From an uncultured delta proteobacterium (lineage in GTDB: Bacteria; Myxococcota_A; Polyangia; Palsa-1104): a stretch of DNA of 64,000 nt. This document shows, piece after piece, positions 20,407 to 29,739 of the stretch. Numbering within the stretch: position 1 is the first letter of the stretch; each line of letters opens with the position of its first letter. The notes below the pieces were generated by a model. That model was not told where the DNA came from and searched no databases. It worked only from the letters and a program-made list of their open reading frames with translations. The stretch covers positions 64,001-128,000 of the forward strand of contig CAWAWS010000026.1 of NCBI GenBank assembly GCA_963785725.1. Direction: 5' to 3'. Position numbers and translations under genes: made by a program.

Positions 20407-21273
20407 TTACTTGGCGGCTTTGAAGTCGAACGGATAATTGAAGCGCGTGAATTTGCCGTTCGTCGACGCCGGATACTTCAGCGTGCGCGCGAAGTCCTCG
20501 ATGCAGGTCTCGACGTCGGGCGCCGTGAAGTTCTTGCCCTTGGCGTCGGCGTCGGCGCGATCGACGTTGCCGTCGGGCGCCAGGTAGAACGACAGCGTCA
20601 CGCTGCCGTCGATGCCCGGGTGGGTGGCGCTCCACTTGTCGAAGCAGGCGCGAAAGCCCGCGCGGTTCTTGCGGATGATGTCGACGACCGGCTTGAGCCG
20701 CTCGCTGCCGCCGGCCGCAGCCACGGCGTCGGCCTGCTTGTCGGCCGGCCGCGCATCGGGCTGGACGTCTTTGGTCGTCGGCTTGGCGACCGCCGGCGGC
20801 GCGTCGGCCGTGCTCGTGGGCGGGTTGCCGTGCTGTCCCTTCGTCGTCTCGAGCGGCGTCGTCTCGTGGGCGGCGGTCGTCGTCGTCGTCGTGTCCGTCT
20901 TGCCGTCGGGCGCGCCGTCTTTGGTGTTCGGCGTCGTCGGCGTGGTCGCCTGCAGCTCGGCGATGCGGGCCACGACCTCGGCTTTGTGCGGCGTCGTCGG
21001 CGCCAAGTGCAAGAACGACTGATAGAGCACCAACGCCTGCGCCCGATCGTTGGCCAAGCGATAGGCCTGCGCCGCGTCGTACAGCAGCACCGGCTGCGGC
21101 GCGACCTTGTAGACCTCGCGGAACTCGGCCGCCGCGTCGGCGAACTCACCCAAGTTGAAGTGCGTCACCGCCTTCTCGTAGTGCTGGCGTGCCATGGCGC
21201 GATCGGCCGGCGAAGGCGCGGCCAAGGCCGGCGCGGCTGCGGTCAAGAAGGCGGCGAGAGCAAGGGCGCGCAT
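20407..21273 (-). CDS. Secreted TPR + Thr/Pro linker + AgmX/PglI C-terminal domain protein
   Basis: Signal peptide APALA; ARQHYEKAVTHFNLGEFADAAAEF (TPR-like); IIRKNRAGFRACF...GSVTLSFYLAPDGNV...VETCI...FNYPFDF. Confidence 0.75.
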   Translation of the reverse strand: MRALALAAFLTAAAPALAAPSPADRAMARQHYEKAVTHFNLGEFADAAAEFREVYKVAPQPVLLYDAAQAYRLANDRAQALVLYQSFLHLAPTTPHKAEVVARIAELQATTPTTPNTKDGAPDGKTDTTTTTTAAHETTPLETTKGQHGNPPTSTADAPPAVAKPTTKDVQPDARPADKQADAVAAAGGSERLKPVVDIIRKNRAGFRACFDKWSATHPGIDGSVTLSFYLAPDGNVDRADADAKGKNFTAPDVETCIEDFARTLKYPASTNGKFTRFNYPFDFKAAK

Positions 21274-21339
21274 GTCGCCATGTTAACCGGGGCCGCGGCT
21301 GTCGGCGAGGAATCTGCGACGGTGTTAAGCTGCCGCATC

Positions 21340-22215
21340 ATGCTCATTCCCTTCCTGATGCTGGTGGGCCTGTTCGTCTTCGTGTCGATCTTGTCGAGCG
21401 TCAAGGTGCTGCGCGAGTACGAGCGCGCCATCGTCTTTCGCCTCGGTCGCGCCCGCGATCGGCCGCTCGGACCGGGCGTGGTGCTGATGCTGCCGTTCGG
21501 CATCGATCGCTCGCAGGTCGTCGACACGCGCACGAAGGTCATTCAGATCCCGCAGCAGGAGGTCATCACGCGCGACAATATTTCCATCGGCATCGACGCG
21601 GTCGTATACGCCGATGTGTCGTCGCCGGCGGATGCCATCTTGCGCGTCGAGCAGTACATGCCGGCGACGCTGCAGCTGGCGGCGACGACGCTGCGCTCGA
21701 TCGTCGGTCGCATGGAGCTCGACGAAGTGTTGGCCAAGCGGCAAGAGATCAACGACGAAGTGCGCACCATCCTCGATCAGCGCACCGAGCAGTGGGGCGT
21801 CGAGATCACGGCGGTCGAGATCAAGGACATCTCGTTGCCGATGGAGATGAAGCGGGCGATGGCGCGGCAGGCCGAGGCCGAGCGCGAGCGGCGCGCCAAA
21901 GTCATCATGTCCGAGGGCGAATTGCAGGCGGCCGAGAAGCTGGCGCAGGCGGCGCGCCTGATCGCGTCGGAGCCGGCGGCGCTGCAGCTGCGGCTCTATC
22001 AGACGCTGGTGGAAGTGGCGTCGGAGCCGAACATGACGATCGTGATGCCGGTGCCGATCGAGCTCTTGAACGGGCAGAGCGGGCAGGCGGCCACGGTCGT
22101 CGCGCAGGCGGCGGCGGCGCTGGCGGCCGGCAAGAAGCAGAGCGCGCTCGGTCCGGGCGAGCCGCAAGCCGACCTCGAGCAGCTCAAACGCGAGATGGAC
22201 AGCGCCAAGAAGTAA
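21340..22215 (+). CDS. Slipin / stomatin-like SPFH domain protein
   Basis: VLREYERAIVFRLG, PQQEVITRDN, TTLRSIVG, WGVEITAVEIKD, MKRAMARQAEAERERRAK, ALQLRLYQTL. Confidence 0.93.
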   Translation: MLIPFLMLVGLFVFVSILSSVKVLREYERAIVFRLGRARDRPLGPGVVLMLPFGIDRSQVVDTRTKVIQIPQQEVITRDNISIGIDAVVYADVSSPADAILRVEQYMPATLQLAATTLRSIVGRMELDEVLAKRQEINDEVRTILDQRTEQWGVEITAVEIKDISLPMEMKRAMARQAEAERERRAKVIMSEGELQAAEKLAQAARLIASEPAALQLRLYQTLVEVASEPNMTIVMPVPIELLNGQSGQAATVVAQAAAALAAGKKQSALGPGEPQADLEQLKREMDSAKK

Positions 22216-22233
22216 ACGTAGACAGTCAGGCGC

Positions 22234-24882
22234 GTGCGTCTTCTTTCGCGGTTCGTTTATCGCGCTCCCTTGTTGGCCATGGGCGAGCCGCTCAAAGGGC
22301 CGATGGCCGAGCTGGCGTTGGCGCTGCATAAGCCGGCGGCGGCAGCCAAAGCCAATTACGCGCGCCGCGCCGCTTTTCGCGCGACGCCGCACGGCTTGTG
22401 GGCCGGCGTCGGCGTGGGCACGCTCGGCGAGCGCACCCAGGCGCGCACCGGGCCGATGCGCGCGGCCATCACCGTCGCCTACGAACGGCTGTGGCAGGCG
22501 GCGCGCGCGCGGCTCGACGATGCCCGGGCGCTGACCGAGACGCGGCTGCGGGCGGCGCCGTCGCTCGTGCGCGACGAGCTCGTGGCGACGTGGCTGACGT
22601 TCGGCGTCGACGCCGAGTCCGAAGCGCGCGCGGCCGAGATCGACGACGTCTTGGCCGTCGTGCTCGACGCGGCCGCCGATTGGATCGACTGGCCGCAGCT
22701 GCGCGACGACGCCGGCGTCGACGATGAGTTCCTGCTGCTGCTCGTCGACGATGGCCTGCTCGTGCACGACGGCGCGCCGCCGCTCGTCGGTCCGGCGCCG
22801 CTGGCGTGGATGGCCGAGCGCCACGACGAGTGGGCCGAGCGCGCCGAGCAGCTGGCCGAGCCCACGCCGGAATCCTTGGCGGCCGTAGCTGTTCCCTTGC
22901 ACGCCGTCCTCGTCCACGAAGGCGAGGTGACGTTGTCGCGCGCGGCCGTCGAGCGCGCCGCCGCGCTGGCGCCGCTCATGTTTCGCCTGCAGCAGGCGCT
23001 GGCGCCGCCGTTCGACGAGCGCAGCTTGCAGTCGCTGCCGGCGCTGGAGTCGGCGGCCGAGCTCTACGGCGCGGGCGCGTTCGGGCTGGCGGCGCTGACG
23101 CTCGGTCACTACGGCACGCCGCTCGACGCCGCTCATGCCGAGGCGCCGCGCGCCGCCGACGCCGCCGTGCAGCGCCTCATCGTCGACGCCATCGTGGGCG
23201 CGATCGTCGCCGGTGCGCCCGTCGTGGCGCTCGATGGCGCGCTATTGGCCGACGTCGCGCCCGCGGTCGCCACGCCGCCGACGTTCGAGCTCATGCTGAC
23301 GCCGGCGCGGCAGAAGCGCGGCGCGGCACCGGGCGACGGCTGGCTCATCGGCCTGCACGCGCCCGCCGGCGCCAGCTGGGGACGCTTTGCCCACGCCGTC
23401 GGCGCGCCGCTCGTCGAAGCCTTGCACGAGCTGGCCGACGCCGATCCGACCGCAGCCGTGGACGTTGCCTATGCGCCGTCGCCGCGGCTCGGGGACCTGT
23501 GCGCGCATCCGCCGCTGCGGCGCGCGGCGTTGGCGCTGTCCGATTGGCCCGACGGCGCCGCGCTGACGCCGGCCGATCTGGCGCTCGACGTCGATCCGGC
23601 GCGCCCGTTGACCCTGCAGCTCGACGGCGCGCCGGTCGCGCCGTCGCCGCTGTGGCGCGTGCGCTCGACGACGGCGCCGCGCGGCCTTCCGCGCCTCTTG
23701 ACCGGCTTTGCGCTGACGCGACAGCACGCGCCGTGGGCGTTGTCGCTGGGCGCGCTCGCCGATCTCGGCTACGTGCCGCGCCTGACGCTCGACGGCTTCG
23801 TGGTCGCGCCGGCGAGCTGGCGGCTGCCCGACGAGCGAACGCGCGCGGCGCTGGCCCGGTGGCGACGCGCGCTGAAGGTGCCGCGCCACGTGCAAGTCGG
23901 TCACGCGGACGAGCTCATGCTCGTCGATCTCGACGCGCGCGACGCCGTGGCCACGCTCGAGCGCGCGGCGGCCGACGGCGCACGCGCCTACGAAGTGTGG
24001 CCGCCGCTCGACGCCGTCGTCGACGCCGGCGGGCGACGCTTGGAGGCGGTCGTCGCCGTCGTCGACGACGCCTATGTCGCGCCCGAGCCGCTGCCGCTCG
24101 TCGCGCCGCCGCACGCCGTCGCGCCGGCCGCCGAGTGGCATACGTTCAAGCTGTTCGGCGCCGCCGACCGCGCCGATCGCGTGCTCGGCGCCGCCATCGC
24201 GCCGCTCATCGCCGAGGCGCGCGCGGCCGGCACCATCGCGCACTGGTTCTTCCTGCGCTACGTCGACGGACCCGGCCGCCGCGACCATGTGCGACTGCGC
24301 GTGCGCGCGGCCGACGTCGCGCCGTTTGCCGCCGCGCTCGCCGCCGCCCTCGCGCCCGCGCGTGGCGCCGGCGACCTCGTGTCCGTCGAGCGCGCCGAAT
24401 ATTTCCCCGAGCGCGCCCGCTACGGCGCCGACGCCATGGCCGCGGTCGAGCGCATCTTCGAAGCCGACAGTGACTTGGCGCTGGCGCTGCTCGACGACGA
24501 CCCCGACGACCGGCTCGTCGCCGCCTATGACGCGCTCGCCGCCGGCGCCGGCCTCGATGCCCCCGCGCGGCTGCAACTCGCCCGCCGGCGCCGCGAAGCC
24601 TACGGCATCGGTCGCGACGAGACGCTCGCCAAGCGCTATCGCGCGCGCCAGGCGTCGCTGCGCGCGCGGCTGGCGTCGCCGTCTCCGCCGTGCCGCGCGC
24701 ACGTCACCCGCGTCGCCGAGGCGCTGGCGGAGCTGCCGCCGGCGCGTCGTCTGCAACTGTTACCCGCGTTGTTGCATTTGTCGGCCGTGCGCCTGGCCGG
24801 CGCCGATGCCGCGCGTGAAGCGGCGGCGTTTTACGCGTGGGAGCGAACGCTCGAGAGCTTAGCGCGTCACGCTGAACGCTGA
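22234..24882 (+). CDS. LanB-type lantibiotic dehydratase (glutamylation + elimination domains), compact
   Basis: VYRAPLL, YARRAAFRATPHGLWAG, WGRF, VPRLTLDGFVVAPASWRL, WHTFKLF, WFFLRYVD...HVRLR, YFPERARYG, IFEADS, LLHLSAVRL. Confidence 0.85.
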   Translation: MRLLSRFVYRAPLLAMGEPLKGPMAELALALHKPAAAAKANYARRAAFRATPHGLWAGVGVGTLGERTQARTGPMRAAITVAYERLWQAARARLDDARALTETRLRAAPSLVRDELVATWLTFGVDAESEARAAEIDDVLAVVLDAAADWIDWPQLRDDAGVDDEFLLLLVDDGLLVHDGAPPLVGPAPLAWMAERHDEWAERAEQLAEPTPESLAAVAVPLHAVLVHEGEVTLSRAAVERAAALAPLMFRLQQALAPPFDERSLQSLPALESAAELYGAGAFGLAALTLGHYGTPLDAAHAEAPRAADAAVQRLIVDAIVGAIVAGAPVVALDGALLADVAPAVATPPTFELMLTPARQKRGAAPGDGWLIGLHAPAGASWGRFAHAVGAPLVEALHELADADPTAAVDVAYAPSPRLGDLCAHPPLRRAALALSDWPDGAALTPADLALDVDPARPLTLQLDGAPVAPSPLWRVRSTTAPRGLPRLLTGFALTRQHAPWALSLGALADLGYVPRLTLDGFVVAPASWRLPDERTRAALARWRRALKVPRHVQVGHADELMLVDLDARDAVATLERAAADGARAYEVWPPLDAVVDAGGRRLEAVVAVVDDAYVAPEPLPLVAPPHAVAPAAEWHTFKLFGAADRADRVLGAAIAPLIAEARAAGTIAHWFFLRYVDGPGRRDHVRLRVRAADVAPFAAALAAALAPARGAGDLVSVERAEYFPERARYGADAMAAVERIFEADSDLALALLDDDPDDRLVAAYDALAAGAGLDAPARLQLARRRREAYGIGRDETLAKRYRARQASLRARLASPSPPCRAHVTRVAEALAELPPARRLQLLPALLHLSAVRLAGADAAREAAAFYAWERTLESLARHAER

Positions 24883-26916
24883 GTCGAGCGCGCGCTGATC
24901 GGCCGGCGCGCCGCCGAGCCAGCGATGGAACCAGTCGATCATCGTCGCGTACCACAAGCGCGAGTTGGCCGGCTTCAAGACCCAGTGGTTCTCGTCGGGG
25001 AACACGAGCAGCTTCGAGGGCACGCCCATGCGCTGCAGCAGCGTGAACATCAAGTAGCCCTGCTCGACGGGAATGCGATAGTCGCGCTCGCCGTGCACGA
25101 TCAGCTCCGGCGTCTTGAAGTCCTTGGCGAAGTCCATCGGGTTCCACTTGCGGTAGAGCTCGCTCTGCCAGGGCACGCCGCCGAACTCGTGCTCGGGGAA
25201 CCACAGCTCCTCGGTCGCGTATTGGCCGGTCTGGTCGGAGATGCCGGCGTGGCAGAAGAGGGCGGCGAAGCGGCGCGTGTGGCCTTCGAACCAGTTCATC
25301 ATGAAGCCGCCGAAGGACGCGCCGGCGGCGCCGATGTGCGCCTTGTCGATGAACGGCAGCGACGCGAGGTCATCGGCGGCGCGCATGAGATCGTCGTAGA
25401 CGGCGCCGCCCCAGTCGCGCGAGATGCCGTTGACGAACGCCTGCCCATAGCCGGTCGAGCCGCGCGGGTTCGGCATGTAAACGACGTAACCGGCCGACGC
25501 CAGCACCTCGGGGTTCCAGCGCCAGCTCCACTGATCTTCGAAGGCGCCTTGCGGACCGCCGTGCACCCAAAACAGCGCCGGATACTTCTTCTTGGCGTCG
25601 AAGCCGGGCGGCGTGACCATCCAGGCCTGCTCTTTTTTGCCGTCGGCCGTCGTCACCCAGCGCTCGCGCACGTCGCCGAAGCGCAGGCCCGAGTAGTCGT
25701 TCAGGTGGGTCAGCGGCTTGCCGTCGCGGAAGATCTCGGGCGCGCGCGTCAGCGACGACGCGGCGTAGACGAGCGTGCCGTCGGCGAGCGGCGTCGGCGA
25801 GGACGCGCTCGTGCCGTCGCGCAAGGTCGTCATCTTGCCGTCGAGATCGATGGTGTAGATGAGCTTGCGGCCCTGATGCACCGAGGCGAAGACGACGTGC
25901 TTGCCGTCGCTCGTCCACGCCGGCTCCTCGATCCAGTCGTCGAACGTCGAGACCAGGCGCTTCGACGTCTGCGCCGCGCGATCGTAGATGACGAGGTCGA
26001 AGCGGTCAGACTCGAAGCCGGGCTGCGTCTGCGCCGTCCAGGCGAGGCGCTTGCCGTCGGGCGAGTAGCGCGGATCGCCGTCGAACGCCTTGTTGCCGCA
26101 GCTCAAGCAGCGGGCTTTGCCGGGGCCGTCGGCGAACGCGTATTCGAAGATGTCGCCGTTGGTCGACGTGGCCTCGTCCTTGTCGTGGTTGGACGCGTAG
26201 GCGAGCGTCTTGCCGTCGGGCGAGATGTCGTAGCCGCCGCCGCCGCCGAGCGAGAACGGCGGCGAATCGAAGTTGCCCGGCGTCAGGTCGCGCGCCTCGC
26301 CCGAGCGGACGTCGACGCGAAAGAGGTGGCTGCGCTTGCCGTCGCGCCAGCCGTCCCAATGGCGGAACAACAGGCGCTCGACGACGCGCGCCTTGACCTT
26401 GGCCTTCTCCTCGCGCTCGGCCCGCGCTTTGTCGCACGCCAGGTCTTTGCAGTCGGCGAACACTTCGGCGGCGGCGACGAGGAAGGCGCCGTCGGGCGAC
26501 CAGATCGGCCCGTCGACGCCGAGCGGGAACGACGTCAGCTTGCGCGGCTCGCCGCCGCCCAGATCGAGCAGGTAGACTTGCGGCGTGCCGTCGCGATCGG
26601 ACACGAAGGCGACGCGCGTGCCGTCGGGCGATAGCCGCGGATCGCGGTCCTTCTTCGTGCCCGCCGTCAGCTGTCGCGGCGCCGATTTGCCGTCGCCGGC
26701 CAATGACTGCAGCCAGAGCGCGCTCGTGGTCTTGTTCTCGTCGACGTCGGCGGTGGTGACGGCGTAGACGAGCGACTTGCCGTCGCGGGCGACGTCGAAG
26801 CCGCCCAGGCGCTTCAAGCGCGCCATGTCGTCGAAGCCGAAGTTGTGCCCTTGGGGCGTCGTGTGCGCGGCGTGGGCGACGCCGGCGACGAGAAGGACGG
26901 GCAGCCATGCTCTCAT
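24859..26916 (-). CDS. Secreted S9-family (dipeptidyl/acylaminoacyl) peptidase
   Basis: Signal peptide, PD40 repeats (SPDG), VHGGPQ, NPRGSTGYGQ, GASFGG (Ser), HGERDYR (Asp), PDENHW (His). Confidence 0.93.
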   Translation of the reverse strand: MRAWLPVLLVAGVAHAAHTTPQGHNFGFDDMARLKRLGGFDVARDGKSLVYAVTTADVDENKTTSALWLQSLAGDGKSAPRQLTAGTKKDRDPRLSPDGTRVAFVSDRDGTPQVYLLDLGGGEPRKLTSFPLGVDGPIWSPDGAFLVAAAEVFADCKDLACDKARAEREEKAKVKARVVERLLFRHWDGWRDGKRSHLFRVDVRSGEARDLTPGNFDSPPFSLGGGGGYDISPDGKTLAYASNHDKDEATSTNGDIFEYAFADGPGKARCLSCGNKAFDGDPRYSPDGKRLAWTAQTQPGFESDRFDLVIYDRAAQTSKRLVSTFDDWIEEPAWTSDGKHVVFASVHQGRKLIYTIDLDGKMTTLRDGTSASSPTPLADGTLVYAASSLTRAPEIFRDGKPLTHLNDYSGLRFGDVRERWVTTADGKKEQAWMVTPPGFDAKKKYPALFWVHGGPQGAFEDQWSWRWNPEVLASAGYVVYMPNPRGSTGYGQAFVNGISRDWGGAVYDDLMRAADDLASLPFIDKAHIGAAGASFGGFMMNWFEGHTRRFAALFCHAGISDQTGQYATEELWFPEHEFGGVPWQSELYRKWNPMDFAKDFKTPELIVHGERDYRIPVEQGYLMFTLLQRMGVPSKLLVFPDENHWVLKPANSRLWYATMIDWFHRWLGGAPADQRALDSAFSVTR

Positions 26917-26984
26917 GGCGCGGCATCATACACAGGTGCTGCGCTCGTGTGAGGCAGGCCCTCGACAAATGATAGAGTCGCGGC

Positions 26985-27575
26985 GTGACCAAGAACGGCG
27001 CAGAGACACCTCTACAGACCGCGGTGCAGCGGCTCGACGAGGAGCTGGCCCGCTTCGATCAGCTGGCGCAATCGGCGCGCAAGATTCAGCTGACGTCGGA
27101 GCGCAATCTCGAGAAAGCGGCGCGGGCCATCAACGACGCCGCCGAGAGTCAGCGTCGCGTGACCGAGCACATCGCGCTGCTCATCGAGGCTATCTCCAAC
27201 GCGCGCACGCGGCACGACGCGGTCGCTGCCGAGCTCTTGACGACGCGCGACGACGTGCAGGCGCGCGCCGAGCGCTTCGAAGCGCAGCTCGGACGCTTCG
27301 CGGCGCTCGGTAAAGAAGCGGCCGACATCAGCGCGCAGGTACGCGAATTGGGCGCCATCAAGGACAAGCCGAACGCCGAGATCGTGGCCTTGTTGACGTC
27401 GGTGAAGGAGCGGATGACGGGCGTCGTCGCCGGCGCCGTGGCGCTCGCGGCCGAGGCCGACGCCGAGTCGATGGAAGACCTGGCGCGTCAATGCGACTCG
27501 TTGAAGCAGCAAGTGCAATCGGCGCTGAATAAGGTGAGCCTCCTGCGCGACAAGCTGTCCGCGTCGCTCGCCTAA
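26985..27575 (+). CDS. Hypothetical coiled-coil protein
   Basis: 196-aa helical, heptad-rich ORF with normal codon use; extended -10 just upstream. Confidence 0.7.
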   Translation: MTKNGAETPLQTAVQRLDEELARFDQLAQSARKIQLTSERNLEKAARAINDAAESQRRVTEHIALLIEAISNARTRHDAVAAELLTTRDDVQARAERFEAQLGRFAALGKEAADISAQVRELGAIKDKPNAEIVALLTSVKERMTGVVAGAVALAAEADAESMEDLARQCDSLKQQVQSALNKVSLLRDKLSASLA

Positions 27576-27625
27576 GTCGCGCCGCTGCCATTGCAAGCCG
27601 TCGTCGAACGGTCTACGATGGCGGC

Positions 27626-28426
27626 ATGCGCGCAGGTCTCTTGGCACTGGCCCTGGCCGCATGCGGCTGTAACGATCCGGTCTATCTGCACGAGACGGCA
27701 CCGCTCGAAAATGCGCCGGCCGTGGCCGGCTCGGGCATGACCGGCTACGCTCCGGCGAACGTCTTGTACGTGCTGCCGGTGCGCAAGCCGACGTCGGCCG
27801 AGCAGAAGGCGCTCGTCGCCGATCAAAAGGCGCGCAAGCTGACGATGCCCGAGCCCTGGGCGCAGCTGCGCGACTTCGACATCGAGATCGAATACTCGGT
27901 GCGCAACGCCGACACCATGACGCAGACGGTGATCGTGTCGCTCAACGGTGGCAACGAGTTCGGCGACTACGTGCCCGACAATTACATCAATCCCGACGTC
28001 GACGAAGACGAGCAGACGCAGCCGCCCGACCTCATCGCCAGCTTGCCGCTGACGGTCGCGCCCGGCGGCGTGGCCGAAGGCGTCTTCCGCGAGGACAACC
28101 TGCACGAGACGGCCATCGACCTCGAGGCCATCACGCGCTATCCGGGCATGGACGGCATCATGGCGACGCCGTTCGAGGTCATCGAGCATTTGTCGACGGT
28201 GTCCACGATCGGCCTCGACGGCGTGCCGGCCGACGACGTCACGCCGGCGCACGTTCGCTACGCGCTGACGATGACGGCGCCGGGCCACGCGTTCCTCGAC
28301 TTCACCGTGCGCGTCCGCGATCTGCACGGCAAATTAGGCACGCCCGGCGCCAAGAACCTCTACGTCTCGACGGCAGCCACGCTGACGCCGCCCGCAGCCC
28401 CACCCGCGATCATGACCACGATGTGA
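27626..28426 (+). CDS. Hypothetical lipoprotein
   Basis: LAACGC lipobox; TTGCAA-17-TACGAT upstream. Confidence 0.75.
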   Translation: MRAGLLALALAACGCNDPVYLHETAPLENAPAVAGSGMTGYAPANVLYVLPVRKPTSAEQKALVADQKARKLTMPEPWAQLRDFDIEIEYSVRNADTMTQTVIVSLNGGNEFGDYVPDNYINPDVDEDEQTQPPDLIASLPLTVAPGGVAEGVFREDNLHETAIDLEAITRYPGMDGIMATPFEVIEHLSTVSTIGLDGVPADDVTPAHVRYALTMTAPGHAFLDFTVRVRDLHGKLGTPGAKNLYVSTAATLTPPAAPPAIMTTM

Positions 28427-28427
28427 C

Positions 28428-29039
28428 GTGACGAGAGGGCGACTCGCGCTGCTGTTCGCGCTCGGGATGACGATGCTGGAGGCGGAGCCGCGGGCGCGCG
28501 CGCAGGTGATCGCCGAGACCGCGCCGCCGCCGTGGCCCGACCCCAAGAAGTTCGCCAAAGGTCCATTCGCCTCGGGCGAAATCGGCGCCTTCATGTACCT
28601 CGGCCGCGCCGGCCGCTTCGCCGATCCGGGCGTCGCCTTCGGTGTGCGCCTCGGCTACGACTTGTTCCGCTGGCTCGCCGTGCAAGCCCACGTCGTCGGC
28701 GCCTCCGAAGACGCCTCGCTGCCGCCGCCAACCTTCGGCCAGTCGTTCCAGACCTACGTCTACACCGCCGAGCTGCGCCTCTCGCTGCAGCTGCGCCGCT
28801 TCGCCCTCTTCGCCGAAGGCGGCGCCGGCGCCGCCAACGTCTCGACGAACGTCCTCGACGCCGTCGGCATCACGCACGGCACCCGCGCCACCTTCGCCGC
28901 AGTCGGCGGCGCCGGCATGGACTACCACACCCTCAACCGCCACTTCTCGGTAGGCCTAGGCGGCGACTACGTCTGGCTCCAATCCTTCCACGGTGGCCAC
29001 GCCCTCTCCCTAGACGTCTACCTCCGCTACACCCGCTAA
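28428..29039 (+). CDS. Small outer-membrane beta-barrel protein (possibly CglE-like)
   Basis: Signal peptide, about 8 amphipathic strands (FGVRLGYD, GAGMDYHTLNRHFSVG), C-terminal VYLRYTR. The CglE resemblance is from memory only. Confidence 0.65.
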   Translation: MTRGRLALLFALGMTMLEAEPRARAQVIAETAPPPWPDPKKFAKGPFASGEIGAFMYLGRAGRFADPGVAFGVRLGYDLFRWLAVQAHVVGASEDASLPPPTFGQSFQTYVYTAELRLSLQLRRFALFAEGGAGAANVSTNVLDAVGITHGTRATFAAVGGAGMDYHTLNRHFSVGLGGDYVWLQSFHGGHALSLDVYLRYTR

Positions 29040-29088
29040 CCGACGGACCAGTCGCGCCCAAACGCGTGACCTCCCCACCATCCCCACA

Positions 29089-29245
29089 GACGCCGTCATT
29101 CGGTGCGGGTGACAGCGTTTGTCTTGCGCCGGAGCGCAGTCGTCGCGCGCCCGACCGTGCCGGCTTTGATCGGGGAAGCGCGCACGCGAGCACCGCCGCA
29201 AGACAAATGCTGGCAGGACCCGCCCCCTCGTAACCTCACGGCGTC
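29089..29245. repeat. Nested inverted repeats forming a 157-nt imperfect hairpin (REP/MITE-like or structured RNA)
   Basis: GACGCCGT/ACGGCGTC (29089-96/29238-45), GCGGGT/ACCCGC (29105-10/29218-23), CAGCGTTTGTCTTGCG/CGCAAGACAAATGCTG (29113-28/29197-212, 15 of 16), GCGCGC/GCGCGC (29145-50/29178-83); lies between convergent genes. Confidence 0.75.
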
Positions 29246-29354
29246 CCCACCGCGCCCCCAGCGCAAAAGCCGCGCAGCGATGATCCCAGCGGAGCCTAGA
29301 AGCCGCGCGCCAGCGCAGCCGTGCGCACAGCACACACCCCAGCGGAGCGGCGCG

Positions 29355-29739
29355 CTATTGGCAGATGCCGTCGTAGCCGTTGCAGCTGCCGCCGAACACC
29401 AGGTCGACGCCGCCGGCGTCGCCGAACCCGCCGCAGCTCGTGCCGCTCGGACAGTTGGGCGACGCGGTCTTGCACGGCAGGACGCAGACGCCGCTCGTGC
29501 CCAACGTCAGACAGGCGACGCACTCGGTGCCGCCGCACGAGACCTGCACGGTGCTGGCGGTGCACATGCCGCCGTTGCCGGTGCCGGCGAAGTCGAGGAT
29601 GAGCGGCACCGACAGAATCCTCCGAGCCGCTGCCGCCGCCGGCGCCGATACCGCCGCAATTGGGCGCGCAGCGACGGTCGTCCGTATTGCCGGCACAGCC
29701 GACAACGAGCAGCAAGAGCGCGAGCACGGTCGTTTTCAA
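29355..29739 (-). CDS. Small Cys-rich lipoprotein (frameshift near 29615)
   Basis: TTG 29739 overlaps the upstream stop: KTTVLALLLLVVGC lipobox, Gly linker; removing one base joins it to LSVPLILDFAG...CTAST...CGGTECVAC...CVLPC...CPSGTSC...CNGYDGICQ. Confidence 0.65.

Noticed and set aside
29089..29245. Naming the hairpin as SRP RNA or 6S RNA
   Set aside because: The SRP domain IV motif is absent and there is no clear 6S context or promoter; left unnamed pending an Rfam search.
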